Source: Ginglymostoma cirratum (lineage: Eukaryota). From it: a DNA stretch of 64,000 nucleotides. The DNA lies in the NCBI GenBank assembly GCA_024137785.1, contig JAHRHZ010000283.1:16283451-16347450 (forward strand), read 5' to 3'. A program made the translations under genes and the position numbers. How positions within the stretch are numbered: the stretch's first letter is position 1; every line of letters begins with the position of its first letter. Below the pieces are notes generated by a model, which made no database searches, was not told the DNA's origin, and was given only the letters and a program-made list of their open reading frames with translations. This document shows, one piece after another, positions 13,850-27,590 of the stretch.

Positions 13850-14770
13850 CATGAAAGGGTGACCTGGGATTGTAAACAAATCACAATTGTAACCAAGGAG
13901 ATTCCATAAGGATCAATATTGGGTCCTCAGCCATTTACAATTGATATTAATGCCTTTGCACTAAGTGGAATGTCTCCCATTTGCAGATGGTACAAAACTA
14001 GGTGGAAAGGTCACATGTGAGACGTACTCAAAAATGCTCCAAAAGGCTGTACAATTTAAGTGAGAGGGCAGAAGGCTGGTATGCTATGGGAAAAGCAATG
14101 AGAGAGATGACTGAATGTTGTTTTGTAGAGGGATTTGGGTATCCTTGTATATGCATCAAGAAGCTTACGCAAGTACAGCAAGCAATTTGGAAGGCAAATA
14201 GTGTGTTAGCCTTTATTATAAGAGGTTTGGAATGAAAGAGTACAGATATCTTGCTGCAGTTTTTCATCGGGTTTTGGTAAGACTACACCTGAAGTATTAT
14301 GCACAGTTTAAAACTCCTACTGAAAGAGGTACAAAGGGGTACAATAAATATTTGCTTTCAGGTGAATACTTCAGAAAAGATTCTCTGAGTAGTGATTTAA
14401 GTAGAATGGAGCTACATTATCTATTGTTTACTAAAGTGTGAGGTAATCTCATTTAAATGTATAAAAGTCTTGGACAGTTTGATTGGAATAAAATGCTGAA
14501 AGTTGTTTAGCTCTGAGTCATAGTCACAGGAAAAGAAGTAGGCCATTTCAGGAGATGAGAACTGTCTTGACTCCGTGTCGTGGATCTTTGGAATTCTCTT
14601 CCCTCGATGCCTGTGAATGTGTTTCTCAAAATTGAAGGTGATGGATTCTCAAACGTAATAGGAATGAAGGGATATGGGCATAGATGGTTCAGTGAGTTGT
14701 GTTTGAAGATTAGCCATGATAGTAGTGTAAATAAAGCAGGCTCAAGAGGCTATAAGACCCCTCCTCCTAT
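13850..14770 (+). mobile_element. Old CR1 LINE fragment
   Basis: Degenerate G.P.GSILGPQ.F.I.IN..., ADGTKLGG, ANSVLAFI, VLVRLHL.YYAQF, DLWNSLP and a CR1-type 3' UTR. Confidence 0.8.
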
Positions 14771-15819
14771 CCTTATAATTCAGTTGCCAAATGAATGAAG
14801 TAATGGTTCACAGCCATGTGGATAATCCTCACTATTTTTGTTATTTGGACAGTACAGTCGTATTCCTTTGAAATGGCAACCTATGTATTAGACAGCTTTT
14901 GTATTTTCCTGCAATTCACCTAAATACAGAAATACAGTTATCCAGAAAGAAAGAAGCAACATTCTTAACATGTAATACTGTTATTCATTCAATTTGTAAT
15001 TCATAGAATATAATTGATGGAAAATCATCAACTCTAACGGCAAATAGATTCCTGAGTCTGTCACAGAGTCCCAGTCCACTGTGGTTACACATTGGAGGAC
15101 TATGTGGCATACTAGGTTTAAGGTTTTGCAATAAAAGGAAGCTCTGTCATTTAAAGAATGTGCAAGGAAGAGCCAGGTGAATTGTTTTATGACATTCATG
15201 TTCTTGTGTTTTGACAATTGGAGATTGAAGAGGAAGTTGGTGGGGAAACTGACATAGTTCCTTTCCCTGCAATTTGACAGGTGAAAGAGACAGCTTCACA
15301 GTCCAGAAAGATTGGGACCTTCCATCAGATCCTTTTTGTAATTTTAGAGACCTCTATCAGTTCCCTTTTAGTCATCTCTTTTCTGGGTGAGAGTCCCAGG
15401 TTGTTTAAACTTCTCTGTATATAATTTCTTGATGGACTCAGTTTTTCAATTCTACTGTTATCTTTGTGAATTTTTTTGTTTTGCACCTTCTGCAGTACCT
15501 CTTGTCATCATGTAATGTGGATATAAGAGCTGTACGTGGTACCCTGATGGGTGTACTTGGAGTTTTAAAGGATATAGATTAAGTGGCATAGCAGTAATTA
15601 ATAATTAGTTTTTTGTTTGCCATTGGTTGACAATAAAAAGCCATTTTCCTTCTGACTAGAAAATTTGGTGCAAATTATTTTTGTCCAGGACAGCAGCCTG
15701 TCAGGCAAATAGATGATCATGGTGGTTTAATGGACAGTTACACATTTGTGATGGCTTGGGGGATAGTGCGGTTTGGTTATTGGTGCATTCTCCCAACTGA
15801 GTCGTGGCAGATGGGTAAG

Positions 15820-16250
15820 GTTTTAGAAGCAGCAATCAGAAAATATTAACAAGCATTTGAAGAGTTTTATGTTAATTAAGGAGAGCCATACAGATTTATA
15901 AAAGGCAGATTGCCCTTGATTAGTCGAGTTGAGTTTTTTAATTAGTTAAAAGGGAAGTTTGAAGGGAATAGATTTGATGTTTGAATGGATTTTGACAAAG
16001 TACCACATAAAAGATAAGCTAACAAGATTGAAACTCATTAAAAAAAAAAAGTAGCTTGGAACCCTGTTGCTTCATATGCATAGATCTTTGAAGATGGCAA
16101 GTTATTGATCCAAAACAGATGGATCTTGGCCTTTTGTCAGACAGAAGTGTATCGTAGCAATACAGACAAATTTGTGCTGAAGTTTTTATAAAGCTGTGGT
16201 TAAGGGCTCAACTAGAGTATTGTGCCTAGTTGTTGTCACCACATTTTGAC
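15820..16250 (+). mobile_element. Old CR1 LINE fragments
   Basis: Remnants of Q.GF.KG..., DF..FDKVPH.R and LEYCA..LSP motifs. Confidence 0.55.
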
Positions 16251-16699
16251 CAACCTGAGTGCCTTTCAGACATTAAAATGACCCATCCAAAGCTTCCCCA
16301 CATTACTGCTAAGGTCTGAGTGAATGGATAAATGACAGTGTTGATTATCTAGGCAAAGTGCGTGTTGATATTTGAAACAAGGATAATTGAGAAGGGAGTC
16401 ACACAAATCCACAGATCCCAAAAGAAATCTTCGAGTTAACGCATGTATCCCTGTGAATCAGCAAGGTTGAGATATGAAGTTTAACTTTGAGGATTGCATG
16501 TGCTTGTGAGCTGGAGGGAATCTAAAGTACAGAAATTGACACCACATCAGCAAGCCAGTTCCAGCTTGCCACCATTTGCATTTAACTGCAATGCATGTGA
16601 ACAACCCTTTAGGGAGAGGCAGGTTATAATATTGATCAAATTGAGCAAATAACAACGTAGCTTTTGAGTGTTCCTATGAGTACAGGGTTTCTTAGAATT

Positions 16700-19600
16700 T
16701 GCTAGTAAAAATGCACTGAGAACAGGGTGTCATTTGTGGCAGCTGAAGACATACTAGGGTAAGATGTCAAGCACAGCATATTTCTTCTGGATTGTGTAGA
16801 AGGTTTTGTTCAGAGAATTTGTGCTGAATGGTTTCTTCCACAATAGCTCATTAGCTTTGGAGCTTTGGATCTGTTAGATTAACTTTGGTGCTGATGCTGT
16901 TTTGCTCTGGACCTCGGATGAGGACTAAGATGACCAGCAGTAATAGAAAGTAAAGCAGCTTACTCCTATCAGTCCTGCTGTTTCGTAGGATAAAGGCCAG
17001 AACTGTGTAGTTCACAGGTGGCAACACCCACAACACAGGGTATACAAACAAAGGATAAACTTCCATGACACCGGTGTGTAAAGGGGTCCAGAGTCTACTG
17101 CAGGGGGGAAAACAGCTCCAGCTGGCTTTGGTAGCATTTCTTTGCCAGTGGCAGTTAAAGTCACCATCAATGTCACTTTCTTTCCCTTTGGTTCCTTCTA
17201 GTGCTACAACTGAGACAACTGCAGGATCTTGGCCTAAAACTGCATAGGATAGGTGAATGATGACTGGGTTACCAAGGTGAGCAAGGTTTGCCACAGATTA
17301 AGAAAGAGTGGGCAGATTTTGGTTTGCAGCTCTGGCTGGTTTCCCACTACCCAGAAGGGGAAAAAACCCCCAGTAAAACTGGCGAATGACACGTTTGGTC
17401 CAACTCGCCTTGTATACATCAAAATGGAGCTTCTGTACAATTAGAGATATAAGGTACTGCAGATGCTGGAGAATCCGAGATAACAAGCATGGGGCTGATG
17501 AAGGGTTTAGGCCCGAAACGTCAAGTTTTCCTGCTCCTATGATGCTGCTTGACCTGCTGTGTTCATCCAGCCCCGTGCTTGTTATCTTCTGTACAATTAG
17601 TATGTTTGTTTGTTTTCAAGTATTTTTTGGTTCTTGCCTCTGGGAGGTGCAGGGTGTCATCAGACACAACTGTCTGGCAATTGATGCATCCCAAGATCAC
17701 TAAGGACTATTTTTCAGTTGAATGGCATCCACTCCATCAGTGAATAGTTGGCAAACACCATAAAAGGTTACTTATGCGATGGATGCAACATTCTTAGGCA
17801 CCTGCCATGCTTTTTTTTTCTCCTTCTGCTTGGTAGTCTGTCCATACCTCGAAGCAGCTGGCTGCTCTATGTCAAAGGATGCCTACCGATGCCCACAACA
17901 GTGAGTTCTAGGAGCAACGTGATCAAAATTATTCCGTAGGCTATCAACATGTTGGAGATGTGTTTCAAATGCCTGGACATATCTGGAGGTTTCCTTTTAA
18001 CAAGCAACACCTATGCTCTCCAGGATGTTTATTTGTGGTGGACTGATGCTATGCAACATTGCATAACAACAAGGTTTGAACTGACAAGAAGAAAAAGGCT
18101 CAAAGTGCAGGACCTCTTCAGGTGTTTTCCGAGGCAGTGTATCATGTGACCAAGGCACCTCCGTCCAGGTAAATTGTTGCCCAGGATGACATCATTGTGA
18201 GATTCACATGGGTTCTTCCAGTCCAACCATCTGGTAGCCACACTTGAGAATCGTCTCCTTTCCCCAACACGAAGGAATCCTATAAACTTACCAAGCATCT
18301 GAATTTTGCCCCCCCATCCCCACCCCCACCCCCATCCATTCCTTGGCACCAGTTCTTATCTTAATATTAATTCCAAGTGCAAAGGCCACTTCCCAAGGAG
18401 CAGGTAAAAAATGGCCAACGTTGGAAAGTGCTGGAAACAAATATTTTGCAGCCTGAAAAATTAAACAAAATGTTAACAGTCTGATATTGTATAACACATC
18501 CGTATGTATGCCCTTGTGCAACTACCTTCTCTTCCTTTTCCTTCATGATGCAACTTCTGTCCCTCAGCAGAGGTAGAATCAGGCTGCTGCGATATTGGTT
18601 AGCCCCCTTCTCCATTTTCAAGCCCAACAGAGTCTATTGGCTTTTGCAGGTTTTGTTTTTAAATTCATTCACAGGATGTGGGCACATTAGCCAGGTCAGT
18701 ATTTATTGCCCAACCCTCAATTGACATTCAACCACCTAGTAGCCTTGACCGTTGGAATGCAAGATAGCATCTGGTACTTCGACTGAGATGGTGCCAGCTG
18801 TTTTAAAAAGTGGAAAAGCTTTGAGCCAAGTCCCATGGCCCACAGGCACTTCTGTGCTGGCCATAAGCTAGAGAACATTTTGCTGCAGTGAGGTGATGAA
18901 TGGCCAAAATTAGGGTTTCATGCATATTATTTCAGTTGCATTTGTTGTGTGAAAGCTGTTGGTAAGGATCTGATTTGTGTGCATTTGATCACCCTGTCTG
19001 ATGTTTCATGTGGTCATATTTTTCTTTGGACAAATATGCCATCACATAGACATTCAATATCATACCACTTGTGCTTGAGAGAGAATCTACCAGTCTGCAT
19101 GCAAATGTCTGCAGTGCAGCTGGAAAGCCTTCCATGATTTTTCCCTTTCTGCTCCAGAAGTATCCTCTTGGTTTATGACTTCTAAAGTTCAGCATCTGCT
19201 TCCAGCTTGGCAGAGCTTGGAGCATCTTGCGATGTTTGAAGTGGACTTGCTACCACTGCCCACTTTCACTGTCTGCTCTTGCTCACTTGTGATAAGAGCC
19301 ACTAGGTCCCACTTGAATACAGGTACACAAACCCTTTTCAGTTATTGACCATTTGAGGAATTGTCGGCCTCCTTCAGATGTGTGCGAAGTTGAAGACATG
19401 CATGGGACTGCCAAATTAATAATAATTTAAATGTTCATCAGGCGTTGATCGTATTTTTCTTGCTACCAGCACCTAATCAACATGACCATGCTATATGCCC
19501 GATACTTAATTCGGCCACTAGACAACATGTTGTAACTCCACTGATGTCCAGGAGTGCTCCCTCTGATGCAGAGTGTTGGTTGACATTTACATTCTGGTCT
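16700..19600 (-). mobile_element. Highly decayed non-LTR retrotransposon sequence (L1/Tx1- or RTE-like; clade uncertain)
   Basis: Fragmentary RT-like words on the - strand (DDTLHL, RQFYWG...GKPAR, NVGHF) with many stops and frameshifts. Confidence 0.35.
17445..17585 (+). mobile_element. Short fold-back element with hammerhead core (copy 2)
   Basis: 15-bp TSD cttctgtacaattag (17430-17444 / 17586-17600); 20-bp inverted arms 17478-17497 / 17568-17587; CTGATGA-A-GGG-TTTAGG-CCC-GAAAC-GTC at 17495-17522. Confidence 0.85.
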
Positions 19601-19742
19601 CTGTCTTGTTTACTTCCCTTTTGAAAGGACGGGGGTAGAAGAGACCCGTGAATCGTGGTATGGCAAGTGTAGAATGGATGGATTCATAACAAGTATTTGT
19701 TAAACTTGACTGAGGTAAAGGCTTGCTATTGCTTAAAGATGG

Positions 19743-19758
19743 GTGTGTGTGTGTGTGT
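19743..19758. repeat. (GT)8 microsatellite
   Basis: Direct reading. Confidence 0.9.
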
Positions 19759-20059
19759 CAGAGGTGAATTTGCAGGTAGAGACATGAGAATGCATAGGCA
19801 AAAAAGGATCAGTGCACCTGCAAGTTGGTGGCTGTGAACAGTGATGTGTTTGAGAAGGTGGATTGAAGAGGTCGGTAATGCACACATCAGTAGTTGTGTT
19901 CAGTTTTGTTATTTTAATTAAAGCCTTTGAAGTATGAAATTAGAAATGTGTTTGTTTACAGAATGCAGTATTGCCTGTGTCTGCTTCCTATGTATCCCTC
20001 CAGTGACCCAGCAATCTCTCTATATGATTGTTATAAAATATTTTAGTTGACATGTTCAG

Positions 20060-20250
20060 ATGTATTATGACACCTTTGGAGCAGATGATACTTGAATCCA
20101 GACCTTGCTCAAAGACAGGGTGATTACCACTGTGCCTACAAGTGCTGTGTGTATTTTATAACCAATTACACACTTCTCAAGCCAGTGGGTTATGAATTCA
20201 GGCCTCCTGGCCCAAAGTAGGAACACTGTCATTGCACCACAAGAGCTCAG
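20060..20250 (-). mobile_element. Two adjacent decayed tRNA-derived SINE heads
   Basis: Two similar ~75-nt units with degenerate A-box/B-box spacing; related units at ~33420-33500 and ~54220-54320. Confidence 0.4.
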
Positions 20251-21170
20251 CTTGTGTAAATTAGCCCGTAATTTACTCTAATTTCCTGCCCCGCTATGGT
20301 AATTAAACTGCTTTTAACATTGAACCCAAGCATGTGGCACCATAGTCCTGCTGCTGACATCCTTCATTAATTCAGGTCATACCTTTGTTTTGCTAACAGG
20401 CTTCTCAACCTTGTCAGTAGTACACAGGTAAAAGCCCCAGCAATTTCATTACATTTATCAGTGAAAAGTCTGTACAAGTCCAGCATCACATCCAGGGAAC
20501 AGCCTATGCATGTTCCTTGTGTCCACTTCCCATCTTCAGATTCCTTCAAATTTCATGTTTACAATATGCGTTTTAAATCCTGGAATTGAAATCTGCTCAT
20601 GGTGTTCTCATCATGCTCATTCAACTGAACTGGTCTAAAAACCTGGAAATAATAAATACATTAATCCAGCAGTGGGATTGTAACACCCAGCATATGTCAA
20701 GTTGCCCTGATGTCTGGCCTTGCTGTGTGCTACTGCATTCTTCTTCCTTTTCCCACTCCCTGCAGATCAAAAAAATTCAAATCCATCTCATAATACCCAG
20801 TTGTATACAACAGGGGCAATTAATTCTGTTGACTAGTTCATTTTGAGGGAGGGGAAGTGCTGGCAGGTTAAAAGTTAGTCACTTCACTCCAAAGGAAGTA
20901 AACTCTTTTTACAACAAGTAATATTTTTCTTACCAATGTGATGAATATTAATTATTAATTATTACTTTGCCTTCTTAATCAGAAGCTGAAGTGGGTCCTG
21001 ATTCTAGTATATGTGCATGAGTAAAATATGTTAAGTATATTGGAAGTACTTCCAACTAAATATTGGGTAAATGTTTGGGAATCTGTTTAAAATAGTGACT
21101 TCAGGAAAAGCTAAGGTTGGAGTACAATGCGACCTTGATATTCTACACAATGACATTGTGTCTTGTATAG

Positions 21171-21303
21171 CGCTGGGTGACCAGTCGGCAGATGCGGTTT
21201 GAAGGTGGATTTCAGGGTCGGTGCAACAAGTTGGTGGATGGTTGTTACTCATTCTGGCAAGCTGGACTCTTACCACTCCTGCATCGTGCATTGCATGCAC
21301 ATG
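21171..21303 (+). CDS. FNTB: FNTB coding exon (exon 9 equivalent), 133 nt
   Basis: tgtatag acceptor, gtgagt donor; RWVTSRQMRFEGGFQGRCNKLVDGCYSFWQAGLLPLLHRALHAH(G), including the zinc-ligand D and C of the DGCYSFW motif. Confidence 0.98.
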
Positions 21304-21799
21304 GTGAGTGTAAAAGCATCTGGTAAACAATGACCCATCCTTATTATCAAGGTGTATACTGTATGCAAATGGATAGAAGGGTTCATGGACAAATACTGAA
21401 TTTCAGAATCATCATTTCAAGAGAACTTGAGCTTTATTTATTGATATTATAGAGTAGACTTGCTGTCATTGTTTTTAATGCATTACACACTGCAAGTTTT
21501 CTACAGTTCACCATATAGGTGAACATTTCATAATGTTGTTTTAGGTGTTGCCTAAATGAAGCTAGAAAGTAAAATAGATCCCAGGCAGACTTTGGTGAAG
21601 CCAGAGGAAAATAAACCATTGCAGAAGATACTGTGGCATCAACCTAAGAGCTAAAATTCTCTAAATAAAAAAGGAGGGGTTAGTCTCACTAATCTGTACA
21701 AAGGAGAGTTCTTGAAGAAGAATGGTGTGGCCATTAGAACAGAGCAGGTGAATAGGACGATGAGGAAAATTGCACCACAGTGTCATTTCCACACAGGCA

Positions 21800-22590
21800 G
21801 AGAGAGACACAGGCGAAATTGGAGCAGGCCATTTGGCCCCACGGCTCTTTTTTGCTATTCAATAAAATCATTGCTGATAGTGTCTTTTTTTTGTCAAATT
21901 CCACATGCTAGTCTACTCCTACAATGTTTGAATCTCCTGCCGAACAAGAATCAATCCATTGTCTGTCGTTAAAAATATTCAATGACCTCATCTACACTGA
22001 TAGAGAGTTCCAAAGTGTGTCAAACCTTTTGAGAGAAAATAAAATCTCAATCTCTATTCTGAAAGAGTGACTCCTAATTTTAAAACAATGCTTCCCTCGT
22101 TACGGACTTGCCCACAAGAGGAACCATCCAATCACTTATCAAGAATATTTCAATCAAGTTACCCTCATTCTTCTGCATTCCAGAGAAACAGGCCCGGGAT
22201 GTCCAACCTACATTAATAACACTGCCCACTCCGGGTATTGCTGCAGTAAAACACCCCTGAATCATCTCTGGTGCATGTACATCCAGACTTAAATGAAAAC
22301 TGCATACAGTATTCAAGTTGTAATCTCGCCAATTTCCTGTATAATGAAGCATGATGTCCTTACTTTTACATTCAATTCCTGTCCTAATAAAGGATAGCAT
22401 TCCATTAGTTGCCTTAATTAGTTGTGTACTCACACACTAATATTTTGCAACTCATGCACTATAACACCTTGATACTTCTACACCTTGGAATTCTGCAGTT
22501 CTTCTCAACCTAACTGATGCTCTGCTTTTTAATTCTTCTGACCAGAGTAAACAAATTCACATTTTGCCACATTATGCTCCGCTCGCTAGA
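21800..22590 (-). mobile_element. Old CR1 LINE 3' fragment
   Basis: ORF 22080-22433 (IKATNGMLSFIRTGIECKSKDIML) plus a CR1-type 3' UTR near 21810-21880. Confidence 0.8.
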
Positions 22591-23699
22591 TTTTTTTTTT
22601 GTCCACTTGCTCAATTAAGCTATATCAGTCTGCCACCTTCTTTTGGCCTTCGCCAACATACCTTCCTTGGCGTCATCTGTGATTTCAGCTGCCGTACTTT
22701 TTCTCTCCTCATTTCTGCTTTTGGTGAGGGCTGCTTTGGTGCTGTGGCAGACGTAGCAACCTAATTCAAAATCAACGCTTCGGGGAGGATGCGCATAGAT
22801 TTTCAAAGCCATAGAACTTGCAAGAGGCAAATACCACTGGGGAGCAGCAGGCTGTTCTTGGAGAATGACTTGGAGACAACACGAGATGAGATGGGGGAGA
22901 AAATAGTGAACAATGAAGCTTCAGATTCTGATAGGAAGCTGAGGATTGTTTGGATGCGGGGACTTTTTTTTTTAAAATGTTGTGGATTTCGATCAGTGAA
23001 CAAGGAAATGGTCAGAGATGATCATAGTGAGAAGCATTGTAATTAATTTCAGAAACTGAATTATGTTGACATTGGGGTTTTCTCTCTGAATTTGTCTGAG
23101 CGGGTGAAGTTATTTCCAGTTCCACAAATTTTGTGGCTTTGCCTTGTGATAAGGAGTGGGGGATTTGCTTCTCTTGCAGTGAAGGTGAAGTATTAGTGTC
23201 ATAATGTACATCTTTCCCTGCTCTTTAACTTACATATTCTCCCTGGGTAATTTATATGTCCTCACATGAATAATATCTTTAGATCGTTTAAAATTTCAAT
23301 CTCTAAAGGTTCCCCTTGATAGCAATATAATATTTCTATTCCAATTTATCACTATTTTGATAAGTACTTGGCCAAAGCTACAAAAATTTAGTTCAATAAG
23401 AGATTATAGAAGTAGGAGCATTCCATTCTCTTGCTGAAGACTGGATTCTCATCATATTCCTTTTGGACAGTCTTCCACATTCCTTCAATTCACACGGATG
23501 TTAAGGAATTGACTTCAGTAGACACAAGTATATTTGTTTGCTTCCAAGTATTTGGTGGTTCTTCATTTTTTTTTTAATGGGATATAGGTATTGCTGTCAT
23601 GGCCAGTGTTTGTTGTCCATCCTTAATTGCCCTTGAGAAGAAGTCATCCTAGTTTCAGGTAGATGTGAACTAATTATACTCTGTTGTAATGCTTTGTAG

Positions 23700-23811
23700 G
23701 AAACAATAGTCTCAGCATGACACGCTGGATGTTTCATCAAGAAGCCCTACAGGAGTATATCCTGCTTTGCTGTCAGAATTCCACTGGGGGATTACTGGAC
23801 AAACCTGGCAA
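23700..23811 (+). CDS. FNTB: FNTB coding exon (exon 10 equivalent), 112 nt
   Basis: ttgtag acceptor, gtgagt donor; (G)NNSLSMTRWMFHQEALQEYILLCCQNSTGGLLDKPG(K). Confidence 0.97.
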
Positions 23812-25575
23812 GTGAGTGGTAACTTTATACTGTGTGCACAGCATATTGTCACTTTATTTAATATGACTGATGTATGAACTTAACATTTCTTGACTGTTGA
23901 AGTAAAATACTAATTGGAAGTGCATCCTTAATGAGTGCCTTTTTGTAGTGATCTGTAATACTTGACTCTAATATACTTGTACACTGATAGAACAGGCACA
24001 GCCTCGATAGGCTGATTGGCCTCCTGCACTTTATTAATTCTGTGACTGTGTGACAACTTGAATGTGCTGGAACACTGGGGACCAAAAAGACTGGGTGCCA
24101 AACTGAAAACTTGGTTAGTTGTCAAGGGTATAGTTCAAGATGCTGCTGTAGTATGTAAATTACCACAAGCTTCCTTTTTTGGCTACTTATTAAGAAATCT
24201 CCCAGACAATCAAATTAAAAACTTTTATTGCATATAGCAAACAAAATAAGATTGCTCAAATAAGTAAGTTAAGCATCTCAACCAAACTTGGAATTTAGCT
24301 ACGATTCCAGTGTCTGCCTCTGGATGTCCAGGGTTCAATCTTTGTGCAGTGTAGTTCTGCTATTGAAGAATCCTGAAGTTGAATTCTTTAGGATTTTCTA
24401 TCTGGTGAATTTTCTTATGTGATATTATTGGTGATCCTTGAGATCCAAACACCCATAACATTGATTACATTTCTGGAGTCCAGGTCTATAGCTTGCCTTT
24501 TATCGGAAGTGGCTTTGTTGTCACATTTGTTGTTAACTGTCCGTTTGAAACACTTGTCCTGCTGTTAACCCCTTCACCTCAGGACATTCCTCATGCAAGC
24601 AATCTTAATTGCCCGTTTGTCACAAGACAGCAAGTTACCAAGCCGTTGTTACCTCCTGTCTCCCAGGAAACCGTTTACGTTGCTTCAGCTCCTTTTTCCC
24701 AGGTTGATTGGCATTTGCTTTTGATTCCTTTTATAACAGTTTCTCCTTTTTGCTTTCCTCTAAGCAAATAGTTTATTCCAGAAAGAGTTATTGCTGATTC
24801 TTTCAATCCCTGAACCGTATTAAAGTTCTGAGGTTTACAGTGTCACACTGTGGTGTACTTGGCTACTGACGTGTAAACAAAAATTGCCACGCACGATCTG
24901 TTTGTATTGGTTTATCATCAAGAACAATGTAAGGTGCTTCATCACAGAAAATGGTGTATCCAGCAGTGAGATTGTCCCTTAAACGTTTAGGGTCAGCTCA
25001 GCATCAACTCTGATTGTGACTAATTACTTTTGGTTTCATAAAGCAAAGTCAGTTTTCCCAATTTGTCTCAGTTTTGTCTCAGTTTGAATACTGTGCTACA
25101 GCATGCAAGTACAGTTTCTGGGATTCTGGTTAGATTCTCAATGTCTAGATGGTTACAGGTTTGGCTGGTTTCCAGGTTTTGCAAGGTATAGTAACTATTT
25201 TATTTAATGGAGAATTGCAAAGACAAGATAACTGCAGTTTGTAGAAACCTGCAGTAATGCAAACCAGTTCTATTATTGTTTAGCTCAGATTAGCAAGAAC
25301 CGTACAGTCTCAAGACATTGGTGTTGGTCACTATCTGGTGTAGTCTGGCAGTTTTCTTGTATCATTTGCAGTAAAACCAAGTGCGTAAGCACAGTGAGCT
25401 TCTTCACTCTTATTTAACCTGAATGCTTAGATCTTCCAATGGATTGACTAAGGAAACTTGCTGGCTTGAGAAATTTAAATGTGGTTCATTGGACAGACCA
25501 GTTACATGGACAAACAATCCAACTCCATACTTAATTGGTGTTGACCCTTAATATGTATAAATATTTCCTCTGCAG

Positions 25576-25690
25576 GTCAAGGGATTTTTACCATACCTGC
25601 TATTGCCTAAGTGGTCTTTCAGTGGCACAGCACTTCGGTGGTGGAGAACTTCTACACGAAATTATTGTTGGTGATACAAACAACCGGCTG
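25576..25690 (+). CDS. FNTB: FNTB coding exon (exon 11 equivalent), 115 nt
   Basis: ctgcag acceptor, gtaagc donor; SRDFYHTCYCLSGLSVAQHFGGGELLHEIIVGDTNNRL, including the zinc-ligand His of DFYHTCY. Confidence 0.97.
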
Positions 25691-25719
25691 GTAAGCATCA
25701 TTAAAAACATACACATGAA

Positions 25720-27360
25720 TTTACAAAATAGAAATAGACCATTCAGCCCCTCAAGTCTGCTCCATAATTCTATATAATCATGGTTGATCTGTATGTGTTT
25801 TGAATTCCACATTCCCACCCTACCCACAATAATTTGATTCCCCTGTCTACCTTTAAAAAAATTAATGATCTCACCCACATTGCCTCTCGAGCAGAGAGTT
25901 CCAAAATAGCACGTCCTTCAGAGTCTCTTCACCTCTGTTCAGAAAGAGTACCTTTTAGGTTCAAAGTATTGTGCCCTAGTTCTAGACTCGCCCATGGGAG
26001 GAAATATCCTTTCTGTGTTCAGTTTATCAAGACGGTTCAGAATCTTGTATACTTCAGTCATATATTGATTATATTGAAATACGTAAGATGCTTATGGGGA
26101 TTGATACGGTAGATGTTGAGAGGGCATAAACTTGGAGTGAGGAGCATCCCATTTAAGACACAGATACAGTGTAGTGAATTTGTGAAGATCGCACCACAGA
26201 GACTTGTCGAGGCTGGGTTGTTAAGTATATTCACTTGATCACTAAGGGAGTCGAGGATTATGGGAATAAGACAGGAAAGTGGAGACTGCTCAGCCATTCA
26301 ATGGGCTGAAATGCTTACTTCTGCTCCTACCTGATCCCTAACTCTGCTAAACTCCAGGTGAAACAGGCCAGCCTGTCCAATGCATCCTCAGAAGAACTAG
26401 GAGCAGGAGTAGACCTGTTTTGTCATTTTAATGCAATCGTGGCTGATCTCATCTCTGTCTCAACTCCAAAATTTCCTGCCCCTTCCCGATAATCCTTTAA
26501 CTCATTACTAAATAAAAATCTGTCCATCTCCTCCTCAAAGTTATTCAGTGCCCTGGCTTCCACCACATTGAATTTTTCTGTTCAACTTCCCTCAATAATA
26601 AAGGCAGGCTCCCAATAGTGTTCTTGATTGTGTTTGTACCTGCGAACGAACTTTTCATAACTCATTCAATATAACACCTAAATCCCTCTATACTTTGGAA
26701 TTCCTCAGTTATTCTCCATTTAGGTGATTCTGTGTTTTCATTCTTCCAATTAAAGTGATCAACTTCACATTTTTCCACATTATGCTCCATCTGCCACACG
26801 CAGCCAATCTGTATCCACTTGCAATTTCATTTTGTCATCACAACATACATAGTGTCATCTCTCATCGAGCTAAAATACCTTATCTCTGATTCTAAACTGG
26901 GGCCCAGCACAGATGCCTGCAGGACTGCCAATCAAGGACTCATTTATGTATCCTTGTGTGTTCTGTTCCAGGCAGCCAGTCCTCTTATCATTTCAAAATT
27001 ACTTGGTTGTCTGCAAATTCCGAAGATCATGAACTGAGATATGCATTTTTTTAAGATAAAAATTCTGCAGGTGTTAACAATTTTGAAATGTTTCATATTA
27101 TTCAAATATATTGGTCATTAACATCTTTTTCACTTGTTTCCTTTTTAACAATTTCCCAGTGATCGATATGTCAAAATTATAAAATAAGATTGTAGGAGTA
27201 GACTGTTCAGTCCATTTGAGTTTGCTCTGCTATTCGGTGAGATTGAGGATGATCTGATCGTGGCCTTAATTCAACTTCCTGCTTGTGCCCCATGACTCTT
27301 GACTCTGACAATGAAACATCCGAGTAACCGAGCCTTGAATACCCAGCCTCTTGAGAATGC
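25720..27360. mobile_element. Cluster of nested CR1 3' fragments in both orientations in the last FNTB intron
   Basis: CR1-type 3' UTRs on - (~25730-26060, ~26395-26570, ~27190-27360) and on + (~26065-26330). Confidence 0.65.
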
Positions 27361-27485
27361 TCTTCAACAGAGAGTAAAGATGAATAACTCAGAAGAAATT
27401 GCAATCAAATCTTTACAGTTTCAGTTACATATTTAAATTAGATGTGGAAATATATACTGTGACGTATATTTTGTTTCTTCAACAG

Positions 27486-27590
27486 GAACCAATCCACCCT
27501 GTATACAACATTAGTCCTGAAAAAGTAGCACAAGCTGTAATGCACTTCCACAAGCTACCAGTACCACAGATGAAAAATAATTCAAATTAA
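27486..27590 (+). CDS. FNTB: FNTB last coding exon (exon 12 equivalent)
   Basis: Polypyrimidine tract then caacag acceptor; EPIHPVYNISPEKVAQAVMHFHKLPVPQMKNNSN* matches the HPVYNI...PVP end of FNTB. Confidence 0.95.
   Translation, partial: EPIHPVYNISPEKVAQAVMHFHKLPVPQMKNNSN

Noticed and set aside
16851-17294. 147-aa ORF with a hydrophobic stretch, as a possible gene nested in FNTB intron 8
   Set aside because: No recognisable family, non-ATG start, no exon structure; lies within decayed retroelement-like sequence.
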